From NCBI GenBank assembly GCA_964016885.1, contig OZ024743.1:316014001-316078000 (forward strand): 64,000 bases of DNA. Direction: 5' to 3'. The DNA comes from Eledone cirrhosa. Its lineage: Eukaryota. Shown here piece by piece: positions 53,951 through 64,000 of this stretch; position 1 is the first letter of the stretch, and every line of letters begins with the position of its first letter. A model generated the notes under the pieces. The model saw only the letters and a list, made by a program, of their open reading frames with translations, had not been told where the DNA came from and did not search any database. Position numbers and translations under genes: made by a program.

Positions 53951-55454
53951 TATTACGATTTGTTTTTTTTTGTTTTTTTCTATTAGGCTTTTAAACCTTT
54001 ACCTTTTTAACTCAGTCAAGTATTTCTAGATAGAAATAATTTTGTTTTGATTTTTTTGAAAATATAAGAATTTTTCTTGTTAAAGTTTTCTTTTTAAATT
54101 TCATTATATAAATCGTCGAAGTATTGGCACGAAGGGTATTCTTGTTTCGTGAACCTTGAAATAGCATATGGCTGTGTTCCACGGCCCCTGATGTTGCAGG
54201 TTCAGCAGGAGTTGGCGTTTATGTTCAGTTTCTTAATACCCTGAAGTCTTTAAACGAAAGTCCTAGTGTTTCTGTTCGGATTAATGTTGTTAGTTAAAAA
54301 CCATTCAATGTAGGTGTCTGATTCAGTTAAAAGTGTGTACTTTCACCTCTCCAGTTCAATGTCTTCGTGGACAGCATTGACATTTATGGCCGGGCTGGAA
54401 ATGGTGACCGGATCAATTGGCTAAATTCGTCAGGCGGTGAACTCCGACATGCACGTGATAGGTTTGCTGCCGAATGCTGCACGGCAGGAATGAAAATAAG
54501 TACTGCGAAGACTGAGATACTCATCTTCTCAATGATATCTGCTCTGTGCACTCTATATGTGCATGAATTTTCACTGAAGCAGAAGGTTGGATTATATGCA
54601 CGTATTGTTAGAGCTGGTGCAATAATGCGCCAGCTTCAGCATTCGGTCTGAAGAAGGGAGGTAGGTGTAAAATCCGAACTCGCTATCTTCAATTCGGCAT
54701 TCCTACCTGCTCTTACCTATGGCCATGAATCTTTGGTAATGACCAAAATAATATAAAAATGTGCCTCAAACTAACAGATGTTCCTCGAGTCTAATGATCC
54801 ACACCTAGCAAGCGCCGGCAAACCCGGATCATTTGGCACTTATTAAACCCACGCATTGACCTGTGCTCTGACTAAGCCCCACCCTACACTCACACTCCCC
54901 TGGGAACCCAAATGCAGAGATCCCGAGTTCACACCCCACTCTCCCACTTCTTCCTTAGTGTATCCACCTACTACCTACAATGTACCATCAACCAACCACT
55001 ACACACCGGTGAGTTTCCTTTTACATTCTATACTTCCCATGTGTATAGGTGTAGATAGTCTTACGATCTTCTCTTCCCTAATTCTTGTATGGGTGTAAGG
55101 ATGTAGCATCTACATATGTGTGTGTGCATGTGTGAGTGACATTCGCGTTATTAACACGACGCTCTAACCAACTGAGCTAACCGGCCAGTTGGATCTGTTG
55201 CTGTCTAAATAAACTATTAATACAATAATTATTTCTACTTTTGGCACAAGGCCAGCAATTATCGTAGTCCTAAGAATAGAGTTACGTCCCTTTAGAGTCT
55301 GAGTTTAAATCCCGCCGAGGTCAACTTAGCCTTTCACCCTTACGGCGACGATAAAATAAAGTACCAGTAATGCACTGGATTCATTGATGGCCTTGTTCCA
55401 AAAGTAGAAATAATTATTGTATTAATAGTTTATTTGACATCCCCAGATACGTCT

Positions 55455-55528
55455 GGCCGGTTAGCTCAGTTGGTTAGAGCGTCGTGCTAATAACGCGAAT
55501 GTCGTGGGTTCGAGCCCCATATTGGCCA
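55455..55528 (+). tRNA. trnI: tRNA-Ile(AAT)
   Basis: Consensus copy. Confidence 0.95.
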
Positions 55529-57033
55529 TATTACGATTTGTTTTTTTTTTGTTTTTTTCTATTAGGCTTTTAAACCTTTACCTTTTTAACTCAGTCAAGT
55601 ATTTCTAGATAAAAATAATTTTGTTTTGATTTTTTTGAAAATATAAGAATTTTTCTTGTTAAAGTTTTCTTTTTAAATTTCATTATATAAATCGTCGAAG
55701 TATTGGCACGAAGGGTATTCTTGTTTCGTGAACCTTGAAATAGCATATGGCTGCGTTCCACGGCCCCTGATGTTGCAGGTTCAGCAGGAGTTGGCGTTTA
55801 TGTTCAGTTTCTTAATACCCTGAAGTCTTTAAACGAAAGTCCTAGTGTTTGTGTTCGGATTAATGTTGTTAGTTAAAAACCATTCAATGTAGGTGTCTGA
55901 CTCAGTTAAAAGTGTGTACTTTCACCTCTCCAGTTCAATGTCTTCGTGGACAGCATTGACATTTATGGCCGGGCTGGAAATGGTGACCGGATCAATTGGC
56001 TAAATTCGTCAGGCGGTGAACTCCGACATGCACGTGATAGGTTTGCTGCCGAATGCTGCACGGCAGGAATGAAAATAAGTACTGCGAAGACTGAGATACT
56101 CATCTTCTCAATGATATCTGCTCTGTGCACTCTATATGTGCATGAATTTTCACTGAAGCAGAAGGTTGGATTATATGCACGTATTGTTAGAGCTGGTGCA
56201 ATAATGCGCCAGCTTCAGCATTCGGTCTGAAGAAGGGAGGTAGGTGTAAAATCCAAACTCGCTATCTTCAATTCGGCATTCCTACCAGCTCTTACCTATG
56301 GCCATGAATCTTTGGTAATGACCAAAATAATATAAAAATGTGCCTCAAACTAACAGATGTTCCTCGAGTCTAATGATCCACACCTAGCAAGCGCCGGCAA
56401 ACCCGGATCATTTGGCACTTATTAAACCCTCGCATTGACCTGTGCTCTGACTAATCCCCACCCTACACTCACACTCCCCTGGGAACCCAAATGCAGAGAT
56501 CCCGAGTTCACACCCCACTCTCCCACTTCTTCCTTAGTGTATCCACCTACTACCTACAATGTACCATCAACCAACCACTACACACCTGTGAGTTTCCTTT
56601 TACATACTATACTTCCCATGTGTATAGGTGTAGATAGTCTTACCATCTTCTCTTCCCTAATTCTTGTATGGGTGTATGGATGTAGCATCTACATATGTGT
56701 GTGTGCATGTGTGAGTGACATTCGCGTTATTAACACGACGCTCTAACCAACTGTGCTAACCGGCCAGTTGGATCTGTTGCTGTCAGAATAAACTACTAAT
56801 ACAATAATTATTTCTACTTTTGGCACAAGGCCAGCAATTATCCTAGTCCTAAGAATAGAGTTACGTCCCTTTAGAGTCTGAGTTTAAATCCCGCCGAGGT
56901 CAACTTTGCCTTTCACCCTTACGGCGACGATAAAATAAAGTACCAGTGATGCACTGAAATAATTGATGGCCTTGTTCCAAAAGTAGAAATAATTATTGTA
57001 TTAATAGTTTATTTGACATCCCCAGATACGTCT

Positions 57034-57107
57034 GGCCGGTTAGCTCAGTTGGTTAGAGCGTCGTGCTAATAACGCGAATGTCGTGGGTTCGAGCCCCATA
57101 TTGGCCA
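57034..57107 (+). tRNA. trnI: tRNA-Ile(AAT)
   Basis: Consensus copy. Confidence 0.95.
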
Positions 57108-58610
57108 TATTACGATTTGTTTTTTTTTGTTTTTTTCTATTAGGCTTTTAAACCTTTACCTTTTTAACTCAGTCAAGTATTTCTAGATAGAAATAATTTT
57201 GTTTTGATTTTTTTGAAAATATAAGAATTTTTCTTGTTAAAGTTTTCTTTTTAAATTTCATTATATAAATCGTCGAAGTATTGGCACGAAGGGTATTCTT
57301 GTTTCGTGAACCTTGAAATAGCATATGGCTGTGTTCCACGGCCCCTGATGTTGCAGGTTCAGCAGGAGTTGGCGTTTATGTTCAGTTTCTTAATACCCTG
57401 ATGTCTTTAAACGAAAGTCCTAGTGTTTCTGTTCGGATTAATGTTGTTAGTTAAAAACCATTCAATGTAGGTGTCTGACTCAGTTAAAAGTGTGTACTTT
57501 CACCTCTCCAGTTCAATGTCTTCGTGGACAGCATTGACATTTATGGCCGGGCTGGAAATGGTGACCGGATCAATTGGCTAAATTCGTCAGGCGGTGAACT
57601 CCGACATGCACGTGATAGGTTTGCTGCCGAATGCTGCACGGCAGGAATGAAAATAAGTACTGCGAAGACTGAGATACTCATCTTCTCAATGATATCTGCT
57701 CTGTGCACTCTATATGTGCATGAATTTTCACTGAAGCAGAAGGTTGGATTATATGCACGTATTGTTAGAGCTGGTGCAATAATGCGCCAGCTTCAGCATT
57801 CGGTCTGAAGAAGGGAGGTAGGTGTAAAATCCGAACTCGCTATCTTCAATTCGGCATTCCTACCAGCTCTTACCTATGGCCATGAATCTTTGGTAATGAC
57901 CAAAATAATATAAAAATGTGCCTCAAACTAACAGATGTTCCTCGAGTCTAATGATCCACACCTAGCAAGCGCCGGCAAACCCGGATCATTTGGCACTTAT
58001 TAAACCCCCGCATTGACCTGTGCTCTGACTAAGCCCCACCCTACACTCACACTCCCCTGGGAACCCAAATGCCGAGATCCCGAGTTCACACCCACTCTCC
58101 CACTTCTTCCTTAGTGTATCCACCTACTACCTACAATGTACCATCAACCAACCACTACACACCTGTGAGTTTCCTTTTACATACTATACTTCCCATGTGT
58201 ATAGGTGTAGATAGTCTTACCATCTTCTCTTCCCTAATTCTTGTATGGGTGTATGGATGTAGCATCTACATATGTGTGTGTGCATGTGTGTGTGACATTC
58301 GCGTTATTAACACGACGCTCTAACCAACTGAGCTAACCGCCCAGTTGGATCTGTTGCTGTCTAAATAAACTATTAATACAATAATTATTTCTACTTTTGG
58401 CACAAGGCCAGCAATTATCCTAGTCTTAAGAATAGAGTTACGTCCCTTTAGAGTCTGAGTTTAAATCCCGCCGAGGTCAACTTTGCCTTTCACCCTTACG
58501 GCGACGATAAAATAAAGTACCAGTGATGCACTGAAATAATTGATGGCCTTGTTCCAAAAGTAGAAATAATTATTGTATTAATAGTTTATTTGACAGCTCC
58601 AGATACGTCT

Positions 58611-58684
58611 GGCCGGTTAGCTCAGTTGGTTAGAGCGTCGTGCTAATAACGCGAATGTCGTGGGTTCGAGCCCCATATTGGCCA
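58611..58684 (+). tRNA. trnI: tRNA-Ile(AAT)
   Basis: Consensus copy. Confidence 0.95.
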
Positions 58685-59380
58685 TATTACTTTTTTTTTT
58701 TTTTTTTTTGTTTTTTTTCTATCTGGCTTTTAAACCTTTACCTTTTTAACAAAGTGAAGTATTTCTAGATAAAAATAATTTTGTTTTGATTTTTTTGAAC
58801 ATATAAGAATTTTTCTTGTTAATGGTTTCTTTTTAAATCTCATTATATAAATCGTCGAAGTATTGGCACGAAGGGTATTCTTGTTTCGTGAACCTTGAAA
58901 ATGCATAGGGCTGCGTTCCACGGCCCCTGATGTTGCAGGTTCAGCAGGAGTTGGCGTTTATGTTCAGTTTCTTAATACCCTGAAGTCTTTAAACGAAAGT
59001 CCTAGTGTTTGTGTTCGGATAAATGTTGTTAGTTAAAAACCATTCAATGTAGGTGTCTGACTCAGTTAAATGTGTGTACTCTCACCTCTCCAGTTCAATG
59101 TCTTCGTGGACAGCATTGACATTTATGGCCGGGCTGGGAATGGTGACCGGATCAATTGGCTAAATTCGTCAGGCGGTGATCTCCGACATGCTCTTGATAG
59201 GTTTGCTGCCGGGTGTTGCACGGCAGGAATGAAAATCAGTACTGCGAAGACTCAGATACTCATCTTCTCAATGATATCTGCTCTGTGCACTCTATATGTG
59301 CATGAATATTCACTGAAGCAGAAGGTTGGATTATATGCACGTATTGTTAGAGCTGGTGCAAGAATGCGCCAGATCCATCT

Positions 59381-59454
59381 GGCCGGTTAGCTCTGTTGGT
59401 TAGAGCGTCGTGCTAATAACGCGAATGTCGTGGTTTCGAGCCCCGTATTGACCA
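59381..59454 (+). pseudogene. Diverged terminal tRNA-Ile(AAT), probable pseudogene
   Basis: A14T, G53T (B box), A64G and G70A relative to the array consensus; most of the upstream flank is deleted. Confidence 0.78.
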
Positions 59455-59618
59455 TATTACTATTTTTTTTTTTTTATTAGGCTTTTAAACCTTTACCGTT
59501 TTAACTCAGTGAAGTATTTCGAGATAAAAACGATTACGTTTTAATTTTTAAAATTGAAAAATATGTGTGTGCATGTATGATACACGTAGGCGTGTGTGTA
59601 CAGACCATTTTATATAAA

Positions 59619-59620
<2 letters not shown>

Positions 59621-59672
<52 letters not shown>
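59621..59672. repeat. (TA)n microsatellite
   Basis: Perfect TA run of ~26 units. Confidence 0.98.
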
Positions 59673-59676
<4 letters not shown>

Positions 59677-60091
59677 CAATGATGTAGACCAGTTCTTCTT
59701 TGTGTGTTATTGTATTCGCTGATCAGAGATTGGGATTGGTCCCCTGCAAAGCCTTTCCTGACTTAAAAAAGATTCAAGCGCAGACATCGCTTGATACGTG
59801 ACATTTTTTTACGATGTATCGTATTGCTGGCCATAGGCAAGTCCCTAGCAGGAATATAAAGCCATGTCAGTGATGTTCATGCTTAATTATCAAGCGATGG
59901 TATTACTCGAAATCGAGTTGCAGCCATCACATGTATGTGTATGTACATGACGGCATATATATCTATATATGTCTGTGAATGTGTGTGTATATATGTGTAT
60001 GCATGCACACGTGTATGTGTGCATGTATGAATGTGCTTGTGTGTTGCTACTTCATCCACTCATCTATCCACCTAGTGTATGTAATTCCCAT

Positions 60092-60401
60092 ACCTTCCTG
60101 ACCACGAAGCACTCCGTCGGTTACGACGACAAGTTTTTCAGTTGATCCGATCAACGGAACATCAGGCTCGTAAAATTAACATGCAAGTCGCTGAGCATTC
60201 CACAGACACACATGCACATACACATACACATACACAGACACGCATAGTTCTCAGGAAGATTCAGCGTGACTCAGAATGTGACAATGCTGGCCATTCGAAT
60301 GACAGGTACAACTCAGTTTTGCCAGCTGAGTGGACTGTAGCAGCGTGAAATAAAGTGTCTTGCTCAAGGGCACAACACGCCACCAGGAATCGAACTCACA
60401 A
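60092..60401 (-). mobile_element. tRNA-derived SINE, 5'-truncated
   Basis: The minus strand begins GTGAGTTCGATTCCTGG (B box), then GTGTTGTGCCCTTGAGCAAGACACTTTATTTCAC...CCACTCAGCTGGCAAAA; resembles a common octopus SINE (recalled). Confidence 0.75.
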
Positions 60402-60492
60402 TTGATTTATTTATTCGCCCATTTCTATGTAAAACCTTTTAAATCTCCCCAGTAAACTTGTGTGTGCTTCTGTGTATGCAGTATGCCTACAT

Positions 60493-60680
60493 ATAATTGT
60501 TTCTACTTTTGCCACAAGGCCAGCACATACCCAGTGCATTACTGGAACTTTATTTTATCGACCCCGTAATGATGAAAGGCAAAGTTAACCTCGACGGGAT
60601 TTGAACACAGATCGTAAAGAGACGTAACTATACTGGAAAGCATGGCGTCCGACACTCTACCCATACTGCCAATTACCACC
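60493..60680 (-). mobile_element. tRNA-derived SINE with internal deletion (same family as the array fragment)
   Basis: Minus strand: A box TGGCAGTATGG, B box TGTTCAAATCCC, body GAGGTTAACTTTGCCTTTCATC, tail GGCCTTGTGGCAAAAGTAGAAA. Confidence 0.82.
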
Positions 60681-60690
60681 ACATGTAATG

Positions 60691-60903
60691 ATTTCTAGTA
60701 TAGGCACAACGCCAATAATTTGGAGAGAGGAGAAAGTCGATTAAATCGACGTCAATACGTTACTGGTACTTTATTTTATCCACGCCGTAAGGGTGAAAGG
60801 CAAAGTTAACTTCGGTGGGATTTGAACTCAGATCATAAAAAGCCGTAACTGTATGCTGCAAAGCATGGCGTCTGACCCTCTACCGATACTGCCAATCCAC
60901 CGC
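60691..60903 (-). mobile_element. tRNA-derived SINE, near full length, tandem with the previous copy
   Basis: Minus strand: A box TGGCAGTATCGG, B box AGTTCAAATCCC, body CTTTGCCTTTCACCCTTACGGCG, tail GTGCCTATACTAGAAA. Confidence 0.82.
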
Positions 60904-61445
60904 AATTATATATAATGCACACACTTTATCACAAGTTACCTACCTATATTATCCACTTTATTATCTATTTTTAAGCCCTTAAATTTTACCTGATCTTCCT
61001 TATCTTATGTTATCCTGTTCACTCATCTGCTTACTAATTTATTAAACCATTTGCTCATTTACTTCTATATAACCCACTTTTTATTTTATTCTTTACTTAA
61101 AAATACTCATTCAACCTCTAAGCTCTGTTTACACCTCACCCGTTCCACCTCTATTCCTATGACCATTATACCACTTCTCCTCCAACACCACTATAACCCA
61201 CTAATCACGCCTACCCCACTCACACTACTTCTTCCTCCTGACCCCATGTCAGTTCAGATACACTTGCCATTCTCTGCCCCCTCCCCTCATATTCTTCATC
61301 TGCCCAGCTTACTACAATGATAAATTCGACCAAAGAATTACCAAGACTAGTAATCTATTTTTACACTCCTTGCAAATATTCCTATACCTCCGATACTTGC
61401 TGAACTCACAAACCGAAACAGCGTGGCACCGCGGTCGGGATTACA

Positions 61446-61533
<88 letters not shown>

Positions 61534-61550
61534 TCTGTCTCCCTCTCTCT
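61446..61550. repeat. (CT)n microsatellite
   Basis: Near-perfect CT run that degenerates after ~61,530. Confidence 0.97.
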
Positions 61551-61556
61551 TATATA

Positions 61557-61705
61557 TCATCATCATCATCATCATCATCGTTTAACGTCCATATTCCACG
61601 CTTGCATGGGTTTGGACGGGAGTTTTCCCACTTGAGGCAAGAGTGGTTGTCTTGCTCGTATAGGACTGTCTGGCGGGTTTTCTACGGCTGGATGCCCTTC
61701 CTAAT
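61557..61705 (-). mobile_element. SINE/RTE-tail fragment ending in (GAT)n
   Basis: Minus strand AGGAAGGGCATCCAGCCGTAGAAAA...CCCATGCAAGCGTGGAATATGGACGTTAAACGATGATGATG; the motif and trinucleotide tail resemble RTE-mobilised SINEs (recalled). Confidence 0.68.
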
Positions 61706-61806
61706 ATGTATGTATGTATGTAAAAGGTAAACAGAAATAACAACACATTCGGTACAGTATATGGAAGGGATATATTAGGTTAACGCTTGATATAGCAGGA
61801 AGAGGG

Positions 61807-61842
61807 TCTTGACGTTTCGGACGCTAGTCCTTCATCAGAAGA
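61807..61842 (-). ncRNA. Minimal type I hammerhead ribozyme (Penelope pLTR type)
   Basis: Minus strand TCTT-CTGATGA-A-GGAC TAGC GTCC-GAAAC-GTC-AAGA: core boxes, 4-bp stem II, 4-bp stem I, ACGT palindrome and GUC cleavage triplet. Confidence 0.85.
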
Positions 61843-62367
61843 AAGAATGAGAAATAAGATAGATTGAGGGGACGGGCGGGTTGGAATTGGAAAAAATGTA
61901 TTTAGATAAAAATAACAGGTCCATTCATGTTGATATCTCTTGCAAAGTGTTGGTGCTGGCGTTTTGTGTAATTTGTTTTTTTAGAAAAGTGGATGATGGA
62001 GCGCGTACTTGAAATGGAAAAAGAAACGTTTTGTAAAAAAAGCTATACTTGTGCACGCACATGCGTAAGCATGTGTGTGTGTGTGTGTTATTATACGTCC
62101 GTACGAAGCTAAGAAGAAATGTGTATGTGTATGTGAGTAAAAGAGCGTGTGTGCATGTAAGTACAAAGCTATGAACAAAGTATGTTAATATAAGGGTGTG
62201 TATGTGTGTATACAGAGTTGTGAAGGGAAAAGTGGAATGAGCATATATAGTCGGCATGTATTAGTTGTAAGAGAAGATGGGGTGTGATAATCGACGGGAT
62301 ATTAGAGAAATTGGAGAGGTGCGTTGAGTCCAAGAGGGGAATAGGACCCACGGCGGTGAATCAGACT

Positions 62368-64000
62368 TTATTCAGTCCTGGTGCGCGAGGCCTGTGATCC
62401 ATGATGTAAAAGGACACCCAGGACTGAAACATGTGGGGAAGAATGACCAGGAGAACAGAAATGACGGGTGACAGGAGTATCCAAACCGAGTCGTATGTCC
62501 CTCAAATGTTCGGCAAAACGGTCCGCCATACGGCATCCCGTTTGTCCGATATATAAAGACCCGCAAAGGGGACACTGGAGGGCATAGACAACGGGAACAA
62601 GGATGAGAGCCGGGTGGAGTCGTGGGAGAGGACGAAAAGGAACTGCGAACCAGAGGTGGCGGAGGTTGCGGGCGCGCTTAAAAGCAGTAATGGGTGGGTT
62701 TGGAAAAAAGTGAGAATTGACGGGTTCAGAAGAGAAGATACGGAAGGAACGGAGGATATGTCGCCGGAGTGGTAGGGTGATGGGGTGGTACGTGAGAGAG
62801 AAAGGAACTCGGGGGAGGTGAGAGGGCTGTGGTGCGGTCTGTTTCACGGGCGCAGGTGAGAGCAGCTTGGATCAGGGTGAGGGGATATCCACGCTGGATG
62901 AAGCAGGAAGCGATTCGAAGGGAATGGGTTTCGAAATCGTCGTCCTGGCTACAGAGCCGACGAAGACGGAGGAATTGGGAATAGGGTATGGAGTGTTTGG
63001 TGTGGGTTTGATGGGAAGAGGTGAAGTCGAGGTAAGATTGGGAGTCTGTTGGTTTAATGAAGATGGAAGTAGAGAGGGTGTGGTGAGAGTGATTAATAGA
63101 TAAAGAGATATCTAGAAAAGCGACAGAAGAATCAGAGACGGAGGAGGTGAAATTGAGATCAGGATGGAAAGATAGGACAAAAAAAAGAAAACAGTCGAGC
63201 TGTTCTCGTGATAGAGAGGTGGCGCCGATACAGTCGTCGATATAACGACCGTATAGCTCAGGAGTCGGTCCAGCGTACTGGGAGAAAATCTGTGCTTCGA
63301 CGTAGCCAATAAACAAGTTGGCATAGTTTGGACCCATTCTGGTTCCCATCGCTACCCCCAGAGACCTGCTGATAAAATTCACCCGAAAAAGTAAATCCAT
63401 TAAGGGCGAGAACAAGCTCAGCCAAACGGAGAAGAGTGGTAGTGCTGTGGTAAGGGGTAGGGCGTAAATCTAAAAATTGTTGGAGTGCGCGGAGGCCGTC
63501 ATCATGAGGGATGACGGTATAGAGAGAGGTGATGTCCAGGGTAAAGAGAAGGCGGGAGGGACCAGGAGGGAAGGAGAAAGAGTTGAAGAGTCTAAGGGCA
63601 TGGCAGGGGAGATTGCCGACCAACGGAGCGAGGATGGTGTCTAAATATTCAGAAATTATCTCGGTGTTGGGCAGTTGCACGCAGAAACGATAGGACGGCC
63701 AGGATTATTTTGTTTGTGTATTTTGGGGAGGAAGTAGATAGTGGGTGTGCGAGGGGTGCGTAGAATAAGGTTGGTGGCTGTGGGGGTAGGAGAGACGAGG
63801 AGATGAGCTCGAGTTGTTGGTAGCCAGGAGTGGGGTCGGAGGATAAAGGGCGGTAAAAAAGGGTATTGTGAAGCTGGCGGAGAGTTCAGCGCTCCAAACC
63901 ACCACAGCGCCACCTTTGTCAGCGGGTTTGATGACAATGTCATCGCGACGCCGAAGGTTGCGAAGAGCGGAGAGCTCAGTCCGTGTGATGTTAGAGCGAC
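62368..64000 (-). mobile_element. Penelope-like retroelement (RT + GIY-YIG endonuclease), frameshifted; continues past the right edge
   Basis: Motifs in order: IVIKPADKGGAVVVW, YFLPKIHK..GRPIVS, LDITSLYTVIP, GVAMGTRMGPNYANLF, YGRYIDDCIG, FLDI, IPYSQFLRLRRLCS, VVYALQCPLCGSLYIGQT..RFAEH. They are split over several reading frames. Confidence 0.95.

Larger units (their letters stand above)
1..59560 (+). repeat. Tandem array (tRNA macrosatellite) of a ~1,579-bp composite unit, ~38 copies; starts at or before the left window edge
   Basis: GGCCAGCAATTATCC recurs at 1, 1580, 3145, 4727 and onward; the ORF track recurs every ~1,578-1,583 bp; the last unit is broken at ~59,372 and a remnant ends ~59,560. 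Confidence 0.99.

Noticed and set aside
1-59560. CRISPR-like or retron-like (RT plus structured RNA) system
   Set aside because: There are no unique spacers or cas genes, the RT is a dead eukaryotic LINE fragment, and the context is metazoan.
61316-61352. Possible second, plus-strand hammerhead relic (ATGATA-AATTC...GAATT...ACTAGTA) after a pyrimidine-rich tract
   Set aside because: Both catalytic boxes are mutated and no stem I is visible; it cannot be supported without a family alignment.
60142-62351. Short ORFs with HT, SL and poly-His runs
   Set aside because: They are translations of CA, CT and CAT microsatellites and SINE sequence.
62867-63103. Plus-strand 78-aa ORF
   Set aside because: Antisense shadow of the Penelope RT.

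Overview
Eukaryotic, repeat-only window with no intact host protein-coding gene. The SINE types recalled from memory suggest a cephalopod, probably Octopus (inference). Bases 1 to ~59,560 are a head-to-tail array of a ~1,579-bp composite unit: 37 full units, a truncated 38th and a terminal remnant. Each unit carries four parts: (i) a tRNA-Ile(AAT) gene on + with an oligo-T Pol III terminator, (ii) a decayed RTE-clade LINE reverse transcriptase fragment, (iii) a 49-nt 5' half of the same tRNA on the minus strand, and (iv) a SINE fragment. The half-tRNA and the next full tRNA, with their upstream flanks, form a ~120-130-bp-arm inverted repeat around the SINE fragment. Of 39 plus-strand tRNA copies, about 24 match the consensus by eye, and one (23,886-23,959) has switched its anticodon to AAC (Val). 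The array shows 2-, 4- and 6-unit higher-order duplications. The right flank holds microsatellites, four SINE copies, and a frameshifted Penelope-like retroelement (RT + GIY-YIG, minus strand) with a minimal hammerhead ribozyme downstream.
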